From IMG/VR virus record IMGVR_UViG_3300045988_177154, positions 128,001 through 192,000 of that record: DNA of 64,000 nt; one strand, 5' to 3'. Both the position numbers and the translations under genes were made by a program. Source of the stretch: a virus. Below the pieces are notes generated by a model. That model was not told the origin of the DNA. It worked only from the letters and a program-made list of their open reading frames with translations, and made no database searches. Shown here in pieces: positions 37,813 through 46,399 of this stretch. Position 1 is the first letter of the stretch. Each line of letters starts with the position of its first letter.

Positions 37813-38156
37813 TGTTTGAATTTTTCTCAGCGCTTTTTTCTCAAAGAAATACAATCAAGGAAGATAAGCAAACTAATAAAGAATTTGTTAAAAGAAAAAG
37901 AGAAGTATTATCTATTCTAAAGGATTTAGATGATATTGATTTGAATTTTGCTTCAAGAGCACGATTAGATATAGAAAAACTAGAAAAAATTCTAAAAGAT
38001 AATGAAGCTATAATTGAACTATCATTTGGAAATTTATTAGAAGAAGCTCTAACAACTTTAGATTTGATTGAAAATAAAGCTATTGAAATTAAAACTACTA
38101 ATAAAACAATGACAGATGATTATGTAATTCAAAGAGCTATTCAAAATTTAAAATAA
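37812..38156 (+). CDS. Hypothetical protein (telA-like operon gene 3)
   Basis: The ATG overlaps the upstream TGA (TGATG). GAGAGG RBS. Confidence 0.6.
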   Translation: MFEFFSALFSQRNTIKEDKQTNKEFVKRKREVLSILKDLDDIDLNFASRARLDIEKLEKILKDNEAIIELSFGNLLEEALTTLDLIENKAIEIKTTNKTMTDDYVIQRAIQNLK

Positions 38157-38161
38157 AAATG

Positions 38162-38190
38162 AGTGAACTGATAAAGTTCACTATTTTTTT
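38162..38190 (+). terminator. Rho-independent terminator
   Basis: AGTGAACT / AGTTCACT stem followed by a T-run. Confidence 0.75.
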
Positions 38191-38209
38191 GGAATAATAT
38201 AACTATAAG
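38191..38209 (+). promoter_or_regulatory. Conserved box GGAATAATATAACTATAAG (copy e)
   Basis: Exact 19-mer directly after the terminator T-run. Confidence 0.55.
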
Positions 38210-38252
38210 GATTGATATTCCTATCAAATCTATAAAAAGAGGTTATATAATC

Positions 38253-38633
38253 ATGTTTAAAAAAGGTTTAATTTTAGCCACTGTATTAGGTGGTGTTGTT
38301 GCTGTAACTACTGCTAAATATCTTAAAGAGAAATTTGAAGAAGCAGAGGCAGAAAAAGAAACTATTATTGGTTACAGATTTTCAGTAGAAAGCAAATCAG
38401 AAAATTCTATTGCTTATAAAGAAGTTGAGTCTTATGATGTAGATTCTTTATACAAAGCAGTAGAAGAAGCTGTCGCAGAGGGTTACATTTCTGAATTTGA
38501 ATTTATTACTGAATCTGGTTCTTATGATAACGTTGATTCTATTTTGGTTTATGATAATGAAGATACACCATCTCATTTACATTTCTACCAAGATGGTGAA
38601 GATTTAGTTATCGAAGCTCATATTAGAGCCTAA
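38253..38633 (+). CDS. Membrane-anchored acidic protein
   Basis: N-terminal TM helix GLILATVLGGVVAVTTA followed by an E/D-rich soluble domain. Confidence 0.6.
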   Translation: MFKKGLILATVLGGVVAVTTAKYLKEKFEEAEAEKETIIGYRFSVESKSENSIAYKEVESYDVDSLYKAVEEAVAEGYISEFEFITESGSYDNVDSILVYDNEDTPSHLHFYQDGEDLVIEAHIRA

Positions 38634-38697
38634 TCTATAAAGAGTACTTTTACGGTACTCTTATTTTAATCTAAAAATAAAGGAGTAAAATTAAAAT

Positions 38698-38931
38698 ATG
38701 GCTATCACTGTATATGGAAAACAAAATTGTAAACAATGTGAATTTACTAAGAAATTTCTTGATTCAAAACACGCAAGCTTCGTTTATGAAGATTTAACTA
38801 ATGACATTGACAAACAAATTGCTTTGAAAGAAAAGTACAATGTTGAGAAAATGTCTTTACCATTTGTTGTTACTGACACTGCTACTTGGTCAGGTTTCCA
38901 ACCAGACAAATTAGCAAAAGCAATTAAATAA
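38698..38931 (+). CDS. nrdH: NrdH-like glutaredoxin/thioredoxin-fold protein
   Basis: 77 aa. ITVYGKQNCKQCEFTKKFL carries a CxxC site near the N-terminus. SLPFVV and WSGF as in NrdH. Confidence 0.65.
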   Translation: MAITVYGKQNCKQCEFTKKFLDSKHASFVYEDLTNDIDKQIALKEKYNVEKMSLPFVVTDTATWSGFQPDKLAKAIK

Positions 38932-38974
38932 AAAATAAAAGTACAACTTGTCTAGTATAAGTTGTACTTTTTTA

Positions 38975-39003
38975 TTGACTTTGGCTCTATTTTATTATAT
39001 AAT
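38975..39003 (+). promoter_or_regulatory. Sigma-70-type promoter
   Basis: TTGACT, 17-nt spacer, TATAAT, after the terminator hairpin GTACAACTT...AAGTTGTAC. Confidence 0.65.
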
Positions 39004-39047
39004 CTATTTGTAATTGAAAAAAGATTATTTAAGAAAGGAAAAATAAT

Positions 39048-39260
39048 ATGACACGTGGTATGGTTATTAAATGGAGTGATGATGAAATCGAGTTCGGAGA
39101 ATGGACTCAGGAAAACAATTTGGAAACCTTTGTTGCTGAAACAGAATTGGGGACTTTGAGAGTTCCGATTGACCCAAGTACTGAATATTATGATGATGAA
39201 ACTGGTCGAACTTACTTTGAAGCAACTGGGAAAGAATATAAAACAGTCGTATTGTTTTAG
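39048..39260 (+). CDS. Hypothetical protein
   Basis: 70-aa ORF with a GAAAGGA RBS. Confidence 0.55.
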   Translation: MTRGMVIKWSDDEIEFGEWTQENNLETFVAETELGTLRVPIDPSTEYYDDETGRTYFEATGKEYKTVVLF

Positions 39261-39270
39261 GTATTAGAAT

Positions 39271-39516
39271 GTGAGAAAAATTTCAGATTTTACAGGCATT
39301 ATTATTGGAAAGTTGAAGGTGATTGCTAAAACTAAAGAGAAAGATAAATACGGTTATTTTCTTTATGATTGTGAATGTGAATGTGGCAAAGTAGTTCAAC
39401 GAAATGCTCGCTCAATTGCTCAATCAATTAAAAAACAAACCCATGCAAGTTGCCCCGATTGTAAAAATCAAAGACAATCAGATTTACTTGTAGAAAGACA
39501 CAAAAAACAAAAGTGA
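39271..39516 (+). CDS. Small Cys-rich (zinc-ribbon-like) protein
   Basis: GTG start with a weak RBS. CECECGK...CPDC forms two Cys pairs. Confidence 0.45.
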   Translation: MRKISDFTGIIIGKLKVIAKTKEKDKYGYFLYDCECECGKVVQRNARSIAQSIKKQTHASCPDCKNQRQSDLLVERHKKQK

Positions 39517-39557
39517 TATACTACACTAATATAATATAATAAGGAGGTTTTTGAATC

Positions 39558-39770
39558 ATGAAAAAATCAAAAACTAACAGAAAACTTGACGGCGTATTGG
39601 GTGGTATTGCTGAATATTGTAACGTTGACCCAACACTATTACGTTTAGGCTATTTCGTATTCGGTTGTTTCTACCCTGGATTAGCACTTATAATGTATGT
39701 TGGAGCAAGTATTATCATGTCTAACGCCGATAATAATTCTGAAACAGATAATACTGAAAATAAAGAATAG
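39558..39770 (+). CDS. PspC-domain membrane protein
   Basis: KLDGVLGGIAEYCNVDPTLLRLGYFVF followed by one TM helix. Confidence 0.75.
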   Translation: MKKSKTNRKLDGVLGGIAEYCNVDPTLLRLGYFVFGCFYPGLALIMYVGASIIMSNADNNSETDNTENKE

Positions 39771-39782
39771 AAAGAAGAAACT

Positions 39783-40874
39783 ATGACAACAATTTATAAT
39801 ATTGATTATTTGAACACTCTTTCAAAGCTAGAACTTTGGAATTTAGCCAAAAAAAATTCTAAATTTAAAGTATCAAGCATGGAAAGCTCATTGCAAATGC
39901 CACATAATACTGCTAGAGTTGCAACAACGAAATTTGAAACATCAAAGTATGACGAAAAAATCAAGAAATATCTTATTGATTTTTTATCTACTCAAACTGA
40001 TTCAGATTTGAATTTAGAAGAACTTTTTAAAGAAGCTAATAAATATCAAAAAATCACAAACAAACAAATTGCTGAAGAATTGGGTTGTGATGTAACTACT
40101 GTTTCTGCTTCTAAAACGGGTAAATCAAAAGGAAAAAATGCTTATCTGATTAAAGAATATTTAGAAAATATTATCAATCAATACAAATTATTAGATGAAG
40201 CAATCCAACAAGATTCAATTCAAGAAAAGGAACAAGAAACTATGACTGAAGAAACACTTACTGATACTAAAGAAATGAAAACTTATGATGAATTTCTAAA
40301 CTTTATCAACACTCAAAAAGAACTTCCTATTGTTAAGAAAGCTTTAGATGAAACTCTTTCTACGAACCAAAACCTTGAGAAAATCTTGGCTAAAGAAGAA
40401 TTTATTACTATCAAAACTGCTCAAGAACTTAATGAAAAAATCTTTGCTAATGAATATACAGAAGCAGAAATCCTTGATTTTGAAAATCAATATTACGGAG
40501 CTGCTAATGGCGATTCATTGAAAGATAAAATTAAATCTTTTGTAGAAAAACATAATCTATCTCTTGAAACCGCTCTTAAATTGCTACAAATTTCAGAAGA
40601 AGATTATAAGAGGATGCTAGAAGGTGCTGATAAAGTTTCTAACAAAGCTGCTGACAAAATCTATAAAGCAATCACTGCTTTTGAAGAAGTTTATAAATCA
40701 GAAAAAACTCAAGATACTATCAACAATACAAAGAATACTTTTGTAACAGGTTTCGCTATTGCTTCAGCAAAAAGTCAAACATTCCTTAATAAAGGATTAA
40801 ATAAATTTGCTGACTTCTTGAATAAGAGCGCTGATAAAATCAAAAATTCAAATTCTGAAAATAAGGAAGATTGA
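39783..40874 (+). CDS. Hypothetical protein with a possible HTH segment
   Basis: 363 aa. NKQIAEELGCDVTTVSASKTG looks HTH-like. The rest is helical and E/K-rich. Confidence 0.55.
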   Translation: MTTIYNIDYLNTLSKLELWNLAKKNSKFKVSSMESSLQMPHNTARVATTKFETSKYDEKIKKYLIDFLSTQTDSDLNLEELFKEANKYQKITNKQIAEELGCDVTTVSASKTGKSKGKNAYLIKEYLENIINQYKLLDEAIQQDSIQEKEQETMTEETLTDTKEMKTYDEFLNFINTQKELPIVKKALDETLSTNQNLEKILAKEEFITIKTAQELNEKIFANEYTEAEILDFENQYYGAANGDSLKDKIKSFVEKHNLSLETALKLLQISEEDYKRMLEGADKVSNKAADKIYKAITAFEEVYKSEKTQDTINNTKNTFVTGFAIASAKSQTFLNKGLNKFADFLNKSADKIKNSNSENKED

Positions 40875-40880
40875 TTTATA

Positions 40881-40994
40881 ATGAAAAAACTTATACCCGT
40901 TGTGTTACTTGTATTACTTCTTTCTGGGTGCACGGCTAAAACTTATAAAATCGCCCCAGGGGATAAATACGAAACACACTTAGCTAAAGAATAA
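40881..40994 (+). CDS. Micro-lipoprotein, 37 aa (below the ORF-track cutoff)
   Basis: MKKLIPVVLLVLLLSGCTAK has a signal peptide and an LSGC lipobox. Starts 7 nt after the upstream stop. Confidence 0.5.
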   Translation: MKKLIPVVLLVLLLSGCTAKTYKIAPGDKYETHLAKE

Positions 40995-41058
40995 TACAAT
41001 CATTTTTTGACTTAAATAAAGAAAAAGTGAAAATTTATTAAAAATTTTCACTTTTTTG

Positions 41059-41087
41059 TTGACAAAAAATAATTTATATGTTACCAT
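41059..41087 (+). promoter_or_regulatory. Sigma-70-type promoter of the surface-protein gene
   Basis: TTGACA, 17-nt spacer, TACCAT, after the terminator hairpin AGTGAAAATTT...AAATTTTCACT. Confidence 0.6.
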
Positions 41088-41146
41088 GAAAATAAATTAT
41101 TAGAAAAATTACGAAAATTACAGAAAAAGAAAGGTAAATCTAATAT

Positions 41147-43762
41147 ATGAAAAAACAAACTATTATTGCCGGAGCTGCTATTCTGGCCTCAACTACTGGA
41201 ACAACTGCATTCGCAGAGGAAGTTAACCCAACTACTCCTCCTACTGAAATTGTAGCCACAACTACAACTGATACAGTAACAACAACTAATAATGTAGCTA
41301 AACCTGTTGAAACAACAGAAGCTACTACTACAACAGAAAATGCTACTCCTATCGAGAAAGCAGAAAAACAAGTAGGAGAAACTGGCAAAGCAGTTACTGA
41401 CGCTGAAAATTCTGCTAAAGAAACTTTCGAAAAAGAAACTCAAGATAAATCTGCTTATGACAAAGCAACAAATGAAGCAAAAAAAGCTCAAGGTGATGTT
41501 GATAAAACAAAAGAAGATTTAACTAATTCTAAAAATAAATTAGCAGAAGATGAATCAAAAGCTCCTCAATTAGAGAAAAAACTTGCTAATGCTAATAAAT
41601 CTGTAACAGATACAGAAAAAGAAATTTCTGATACAAAAAATGATTTGGCAGCTGCTAAAGAAAATCAATCTAATGAAGAAGCTAAAATCCAACCACAAGT
41701 TAATGCTTTGAAGAAAGCTACTACTGACAAAAAGAATGCTCAAGATAAAGTAGATACTATCAAACAAGATTTGAAAACTAATCAAGCAAATGAAGCTACT
41801 TTAACTGGCGAAATCAATGATTTAACTGCTGCTAAAGAAGTTGCTAACAAAGAAGTAACTTCTACAGGCAATGCTTTGGAAAATGCTAAAAAAGCTGACC
41901 AAACTCGTGCTAATAATATTGCTTCACAAAAAACAATTGTAGCACAAGATACAACAGACAAAAATAATTCTATCGCAACAGAAAAAGCAAAAACTGCTGA
42001 AAAAGAAAAATTAGCTACTGATTTGGATTCTGCTAAGAAAGCATTAGCAGACAATTTGGAAATTCCATTAACAGATGCTTATATTTCTGCTCTTAAAGCT
42101 TATAAACAAAACAAAACAACTGCTAACAGTGACGCTGTAAATAAAATTGCTCAAGAAATTCTAAAATCAAAACAAGTTAAAGCTGCAATGGAATTGCTTA
42201 AAGAAAGTGATACACGTGCTGTTGACCCATCTAATCTTACAACTGAACAATTAAAAGAATTGAATATCCGTATGGCTCAATTTATTGAAGATGTACGTAC
42301 TAAATTCGGTACATTCTCTCCAACTATGGTTCGTGTAAGTGAAGAATCAGTAAACCTATCTAAACTTATCGGTGAAACATATAAAAATGCTATTCGTAAA
42401 GCTGCTGGTAATACAAATCCTACTGTATGGAACGCAGCTGAATTAGGCCACTTGAAGAGTAGCGAAACTGTTGGTGCTAACTTAACAAAAGCTGGTTATA
42501 ACACTACAGCTGCTCCAATTCGTATGGAAACACTTGCTTATTCACCTGAAACAGATATGACAACAATGGGTGAACTAAAAGCTGAAGTTTACAACAGCAT
42601 GATTCGTTGGTTGTATGATGATGAATTGAGTGATTGGGGCCATGCTCTTATCCAATCTGGTTTAGTTTGGAACTACAAGAAAACTGAATTACAAACTTTC
42701 GTAGTTCAAGACGGAAGCTACGTGTTGATTGGTGCTGATGAAACAAGCTTGAAAGAGCAAGATAGCAAATTGAAAACTAAAGAGTATGACATTCCAACAA
42801 CAGATTTCAATGCAGCTAACGCTCGTGTAACTACTCTTGAAAAACAAATCGAAACAAACAAAGCTGAATTGGCTCAAGCTACTAAGAATGTAAAAGCTAC
42901 AACTCAAAAACTTGAAGATTCAACAAATGAATTGAAACGTTTAGAAGCAGTTGAGATTCTTACACCAAAAGCTCAAGAAGCTTATGACAATGCAGTTGCT
43001 AAACATACTGATTTATCTAACCAATTAACAGACAAGAAAAATACTCTTGCTACTGTTCAAGCTAAGATTAAAGAATTAAACATTGCTCTTCCACAAGCTG
43101 AAACTGCTTTAGAAAATGCTACAAAAGTTTACGATAATGCTAAATCTGAATATGATAAAGTAAGTGCTGATGTAGAAAAAGCAAAAGCAGAAGTGAAGCG
43201 TATTGAAAATCAATTAGAAACACTTAATGCTAAATTAAAAGACAACAAAGCAAATGTTGCTTCTACTCAAGAAGAAATTGCTAACAACAACAAAGAAATT
43301 GAAACACTAACAAATTCAATTAAAGAACTTGAAAAACAACTTAAAGAGCAAGAAAAAACACTTGAAGAAAAAGTTAAAGTTCAAAAAGAAAAAGAAGCAA
43401 TTTACTTGAAAGCTAAAGAAGCTGCTGATAAAGAACGTGCTAAAATTGCTGAACTTAAAGCAAAACACGAAGAAGCGGTTTCTAAATTAGAAGCATTGAA
43501 AGAAGAACAAGCTCGTAAAGAACAAGAAAAGGCTCGTGAAGAACAACGACAAAGAGAGCTTGAAGATTACAACCGTGCTATTGATGAAGTATTGTATGGA
43601 ACAAATGCTACAACAAATACAACAACTCCTAACAAATCTAAAAACACATTGCCGGTAACTAACACTTCTAATGAATCAATCTATATTGTTTTTGGGGCTG
43701 CTATTCTTGCCTTCCTTGCTGGACTTGGTTTATACTTCAAAAAGAAAAACAAAAAAGACTAA
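41147..43762 (+). CDS. Cell-wall-anchored coiled-coil surface protein, PrgA/Sec10 surface-exclusion-like
   Basis: Signal peptide MKKQTIIAGAAILASTTGTTAFA. Long K/E/A/T coiled coils flank a central globular domain (..SDWGHALIQ..). C-terminus has LPVTN, a hydrophobic helix and a KKKNKKD tail (sortase-type sorting signal with N in place of G). Confidence 0.55.
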   Translation: MKKQTIIAGAAILASTTGTTAFAEEVNPTTPPTEIVATTTTDTVTTTNNVAKPVETTEATTTTENATPIEKAEKQVGETGKAVTDAENSAKETFEKETQDKSAYDKATNEAKKAQGDVDKTKEDLTNSKNKLAEDESKAPQLEKKLANANKSVTDTEKEISDTKNDLAAAKENQSNEEAKIQPQVNALKKATTDKKNAQDKVDTIKQDLKTNQANEATLTGEINDLTAAKEVANKEVTSTGNALENAKKADQTRANNIASQKTIVAQDTTDKNNSIATEKAKTAEKEKLATDLDSAKKALADNLEIPLTDAYISALKAYKQNKTTANSDAVNKIAQEILKSKQVKAAMELLKESDTRAVDPSNLTTEQLKELNIRMAQFIEDVRTKFGTFSPTMVRVSEESVNLSKLIGETYKNAIRKAAGNTNPTVWNAAELGHLKSSETVGANLTKAGYNTTAAPIRMETLAYSPETDMTTMGELKAEVYNSMIRWLYDDELSDWGHALIQSGLVWNYKKTELQTFVVQDGSYVLIGADETSLKEQDSKLKTKEYDIPTTDFNAANARVTTLEKQIETNKAELAQATKNVKATTQKLEDSTNELKRLEAVEILTPKAQEAYDNAVAKHTDLSNQLTDKKNTLATVQAKIKELNIALPQAETALENATKVYDNAKSEYDKVSADVEKAKAEVKRIENQLETLNAKLKDNKANVASTQEEIANNNKEIETLTNSIKELEKQLKEQEKTLEEKVKVQKEKEAIYLKAKEAADKERAKIAELKAKHEEAVSKLEALKEEQARKEQEKAREEQRQRELEDYNRAIDEVLYGTNATTNTTTPNKSKNTLPVTNTSNESIYIVFGAAILAFLAGLGLYFKKKNKKD

Positions 43763-43763
43763 C

Positions 43764-43797
43764 AAAAAGAGCTATCTAAGATAGCTCTTTTCTTTTT
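43764..43797 (+). terminator. Rho-independent terminator
   Basis: AGAGCTATC / GATAGCTCT stem followed by a T-run. Confidence 0.8.
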
Positions 43798-43798
43798 G

Positions 43799-43922
43799 TT
43801 TTAAGCGATTTTAAGCGACTCTAAGCTGTTTTTATTATAAGTCGATACATTTATCGAAAATCAGTTTTTACAGTCATAGCGTTTCACTAGTGACGATATA
43901 ACGATATTCAAAATCAGTTTGA
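43799..43922 (+). repeat. IGR-120 intergenic repeat, copy R7 (forward, most complete)
   Basis: TTTTAAGCGATTTTAAGCGACTCTAAGCTGTTTTT, GTCGATACATTTATCGA, AAAATCAGTTTTT, CACTAGTGACGATATAACG, CAAAATCAGTTT. Confidence 0.9.
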
Positions 43923-43962
43923 GAACATTATTCCAACCGAAAGTTTTTAATTCTATTCTTAT

Positions 43963-43991
43963 TTGACAAATCTCTAAAAATATTATACAAT
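43963..43991 (+). promoter_or_regulatory. Sigma-70-type promoter
   Basis: TTGACA, 17-nt spacer, TACAAT. Confidence 0.65.
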
Positions 43992-44021
43992 AGTAATATA
44001 AAGCGAAAGGTGATTAAATAT

Positions 44022-44651
44022 ATGACTTTAAAAGATTTAACTAGGCAAGAACTTTTACAAATTTACTATAATGAAGCTTTAGAATTGCTATTCAATCAAG
44101 AAAAGATAACAAAAGAATGGCTTACAAAAATAAAAGAAAAATTCAAATTAGAAAGTTTTCGATTAGGAGTTTGCTTCGACAAGGACAATCCCACAATCAT
44201 TGAAGAAATTTCTGTTATTGATAGCATTACTCATAAATCACGTTATTTTTGGAGCTCTTATAATGAATTAGGGCATTATGAAGATGTTCATTGTTCAGAA
44301 TATACGGGTAATGATAGAGTAGTTATTAAAAAGATTATAGAACTTTCTAAAGCGAACAAAATTTATACAATGAATTGCTATGATGAAGATTATTTGTTAA
44401 ATTCAGAAACGTATAAGAAATTAAGTAGTCATTTCTTTAAAAACTTGGATTATCGTTTATGGCAACATAATAGAGATAATTACAAAATAGAAAATTTAAA
44501 AGATTTACATAAACTAAAAGATTATACTGTTCTTATTACTGATGGGTTAATCTCTTTAAAACACAAAACAGACGATTTTAAAATTGAAATTATTACAGTT
44601 TCTAAACCTGTTGATTACAAGGAAGAGTGGAAAGAAGAAAGAGAATACTGA
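44022..44651 (+). CDS. Hypothetical protein
   Basis: ATG at 44022 (the track GTG at 44010 overlaps the AAAGGTG RBS). Confidence 0.6.
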   Translation: MTLKDLTRQELLQIYYNEALELLFNQEKITKEWLTKIKEKFKLESFRLGVCFDKDNPTIIEEISVIDSITHKSRYFWSSYNELGHYEDVHCSEYTGNDRVVIKKIIELSKANKIYTMNCYDEDYLLNSETYKKLSSHFFKNLDYRLWQHNRDNYKIENLKDLHKLKDYTVLITDGLISLKHKTDDFKIEIITVSKPVDYKEEWKEEREY

Positions 44652-45292
44652 TGAAACAAGAAAAATATTTAACTGAAACATTAGCAAAATTTTGGGAAAA
44701 GCTTTCCTTACCAAGTTCTATCATTACAAGTTATTCTGAAATTGAAATACCCTTTAATTGGGGGAGTTTCTATTATAGAGCTAATACTGGGGAAACTAGA
44801 ATCCATTACAAAAAGAAAATCAATAAATGGAGTTATAGTGGATTACAAAATTCAAATCTTTGTAATATGATTATTTATAACAGCGAATACAAAAGATTGC
44901 CTAATAGAGTAGTAAAAGAACTAACAGAAGCGATGAACAATAACTTAGAAGAGCTGTTAATTGATTCTGCTTTTAAAAATAAAAATATGCTATCATTTGT
45001 AACTCACCCTCTTATCCTAGAATTTAATAAAATTAGTCAGAAGCTTATTGCACTTAATCAAGATGAAAAAGTCATTTGGCTTGATAAATACAATTTTGCT
45101 ATGATTAAGAATTTAGATGATGAATATAAAATTTACTATAAGAGCTTAACTTTCACTTTTTATATTTCAATTCCAAAAGATGAAAGACAAAGACCTCATA
45201 TTGAAGAATTTACTTATGATGAAAATAAAATGATTTATCCTACTGTTAAAGAATACATGAAACGACTAAGTGCTGAATTGGATAAAAAATAA
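44651..45292 (+). CDS. Hypothetical protein
   Basis: The ATG at 44651 overlaps the upstream TGA (TGATG), indicating translational coupling. Confidence 0.6.
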   Translation: MKQEKYLTETLAKFWEKLSLPSSIITSYSEIEIPFNWGSFYYRANTGETRIHYKKKINKWSYSGLQNSNLCNMIIYNSEYKRLPNRVVKELTEAMNNNLEELLIDSAFKNKNMLSFVTHPLILEFNKISQKLIALNQDEKVIWLDKYNFAMIKNLDDEYKIYYKSLTFTFYISIPKDERQRPHIEEFTYDENKMIYPTVKEYMKRLSAELDKK

Positions 45293-45318
45293 AAGAGAGT
45301 GAAAAATCACTCTCTTTT

Positions 45319-46164
45319 TTAAGTCCTAATTGTTAAACGAATGCTATCGCCTCTATCATTAAATTTAGAGAACTCATCGTATCTACCTGCATCTTTAAGA
45401 GCTTTTGTATCTACAATATTTTTCGTATATTCTGGCACATATGAAAGTGTTGCAGTACCAACTTTAATTTCATCAACACCTGCTTCTTTCATGTTTTCCA
45501 TAATTTCATTTCGCATTTGTTTTTCTAATTCTTTAGTTTGTTTTAAAGTATCTTCAAATTGTTTTAATTGGCGTAGAGCTTCTCTAGTTTCGTCATTGAT
45601 TTGAGCATTACCATCTTCATCAACACTTAAATTAAAGTTAATTGACTCACCTGATGGCATAACCATACGTTCCTCAAAGCGAATAGCTCTAGCATCTTTT
45701 TCAACATCTAATGAAGTATGCTCTCTCACATTTACTTCTTTTGAATATTGTTCATAAAGACCACTTTCTTTTAATCTTTCTGTATCTACACCAAGAACAG
45801 GTTTACCCTCAATAAATGAGATGCTTCCCACTTCATCTTTGATAGATTTCACATTTAACTCTTTCATAGAGTTAAGGATTTGATTTCTAGCGTTTTCTTT
45901 AATATTATCTAAACGCTTCATAACAATACGCAAGTTATTAAGTTTAACAACTGCTAATTCTGTTTCTTTATCAACTTGAACCCAATTACCACTTCTTGCA
46001 ATTCCAAATGATTGAGCACTTTGTAATTGTTCGTTTAAATCATCAGCAATCGCCATGCCTTCATCAATTGTATTGAAATGGTCAGAAATTGCTCCGTAAG
46101 GGCATGCTTTAGTAGCTCTACATCGCTTTGGTGTTCCGTCTTTTCCAATATGATACTTAGCCAT
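45319..46164 (-). CDS. CKN-module protein 3: N-terminal Cys/His module plus two tandem ~85-aa modules (Gp157-like by eye)
   Basis: MAKYHIGKDGTPKRCRATKACPYGAISDHFNTIDEGMAIADDLNE. The internal duplication is NQILNSMKELNVKSIK..VGSISFIEGK..VDTERLKESGLYEQYSK versus NEIMENMKEAGVDEIK..GTATLSYVPE..VDTKALKDAGRYDEFSK. Confidence 0.7.
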   Translation of the reverse strand: MAKYHIGKDGTPKRCRATKACPYGAISDHFNTIDEGMAIADDLNEQLQSAQSFGIARSGNWVQVDKETELAVVKLNNLRIVMKRLDNIKENARNQILNSMKELNVKSIKDEVGSISFIEGKPVLGVDTERLKESGLYEQYSKEVNVREHTSLDVEKDARAIRFEERMVMPSGESINFNLSVDEDGNAQINDETREALRQLKQFEDTLKQTKELEKQMRNEIMENMKEAGVDEIKVGTATLSYVPEYTKNIVDTKALKDAGRYDEFSKFNDRGDSIRLTIRT

Positions 46165-46349
46165 TATTCCACCTCATCTTCGTCTAAGTCAATAACTAAA
46201 TCGTCAATAACTAACCTTTTAAGATTATTAGCTTTCATGAAGAAAATTAGTTTTTCTCTTAATACAATCATACTTTCTGCTTGTTTATCTAATTTAGCTT
46301 GGTTATTTTCTAACTTCTCTAAATTAGAGTTAATTTCTGCTTTATTCAT
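46164..46349 (-). CDS. Small coiled-coil protein, translationally coupled to CKN protein 3
   Basis: 61 aa. Its TAA overlaps the downstream ATG (TAATG on the minus strand). Acidic tail DLDEDEVE. Confidence 0.55.
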   Translation of the reverse strand: MNKAEINSNLEKLENNQAKLDKQAESMIVLREKLIFFMKANNLKRLVIDDLVIDLDEDEVE

Positions 46350-46399
46350 TAGGCTTACTCCTTTTTTATTTTCTATATCACTTAGTTGTTGCTAGAAAA

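Noticed and set aside
41140-42907. Five antisense ORFs inside the surface-protein gene (41140, 41189, 41570, 41782 and 42689, minus strand).
   Set aside because: They are antisense frames of a repetitive A/K/E/T-rich gene. Their composition is low-complexity S/F/C-rich, and they have no RBS or promoter.
4372-43922. IGR-120 as Frpo/ssi-type single-strand promoters of a plasmid leading region.
   Set aside because: Those elements fold into long imperfect hairpins. IGR-120 has only a short central 6-N4-6 palindrome plus direct repeats, with no extended self-complementarity. The idea is kept only as a remote possibility.
45341-46395. Plus-strand ORFs 45341..45604 and 46078..46395.
   Set aside because: They are antisense to the minus-strand CKN operon, which has the conserved N-terminal module, RBS and coupled stop/start. 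The plus-strand frames are S/F-rich and low-complexity.
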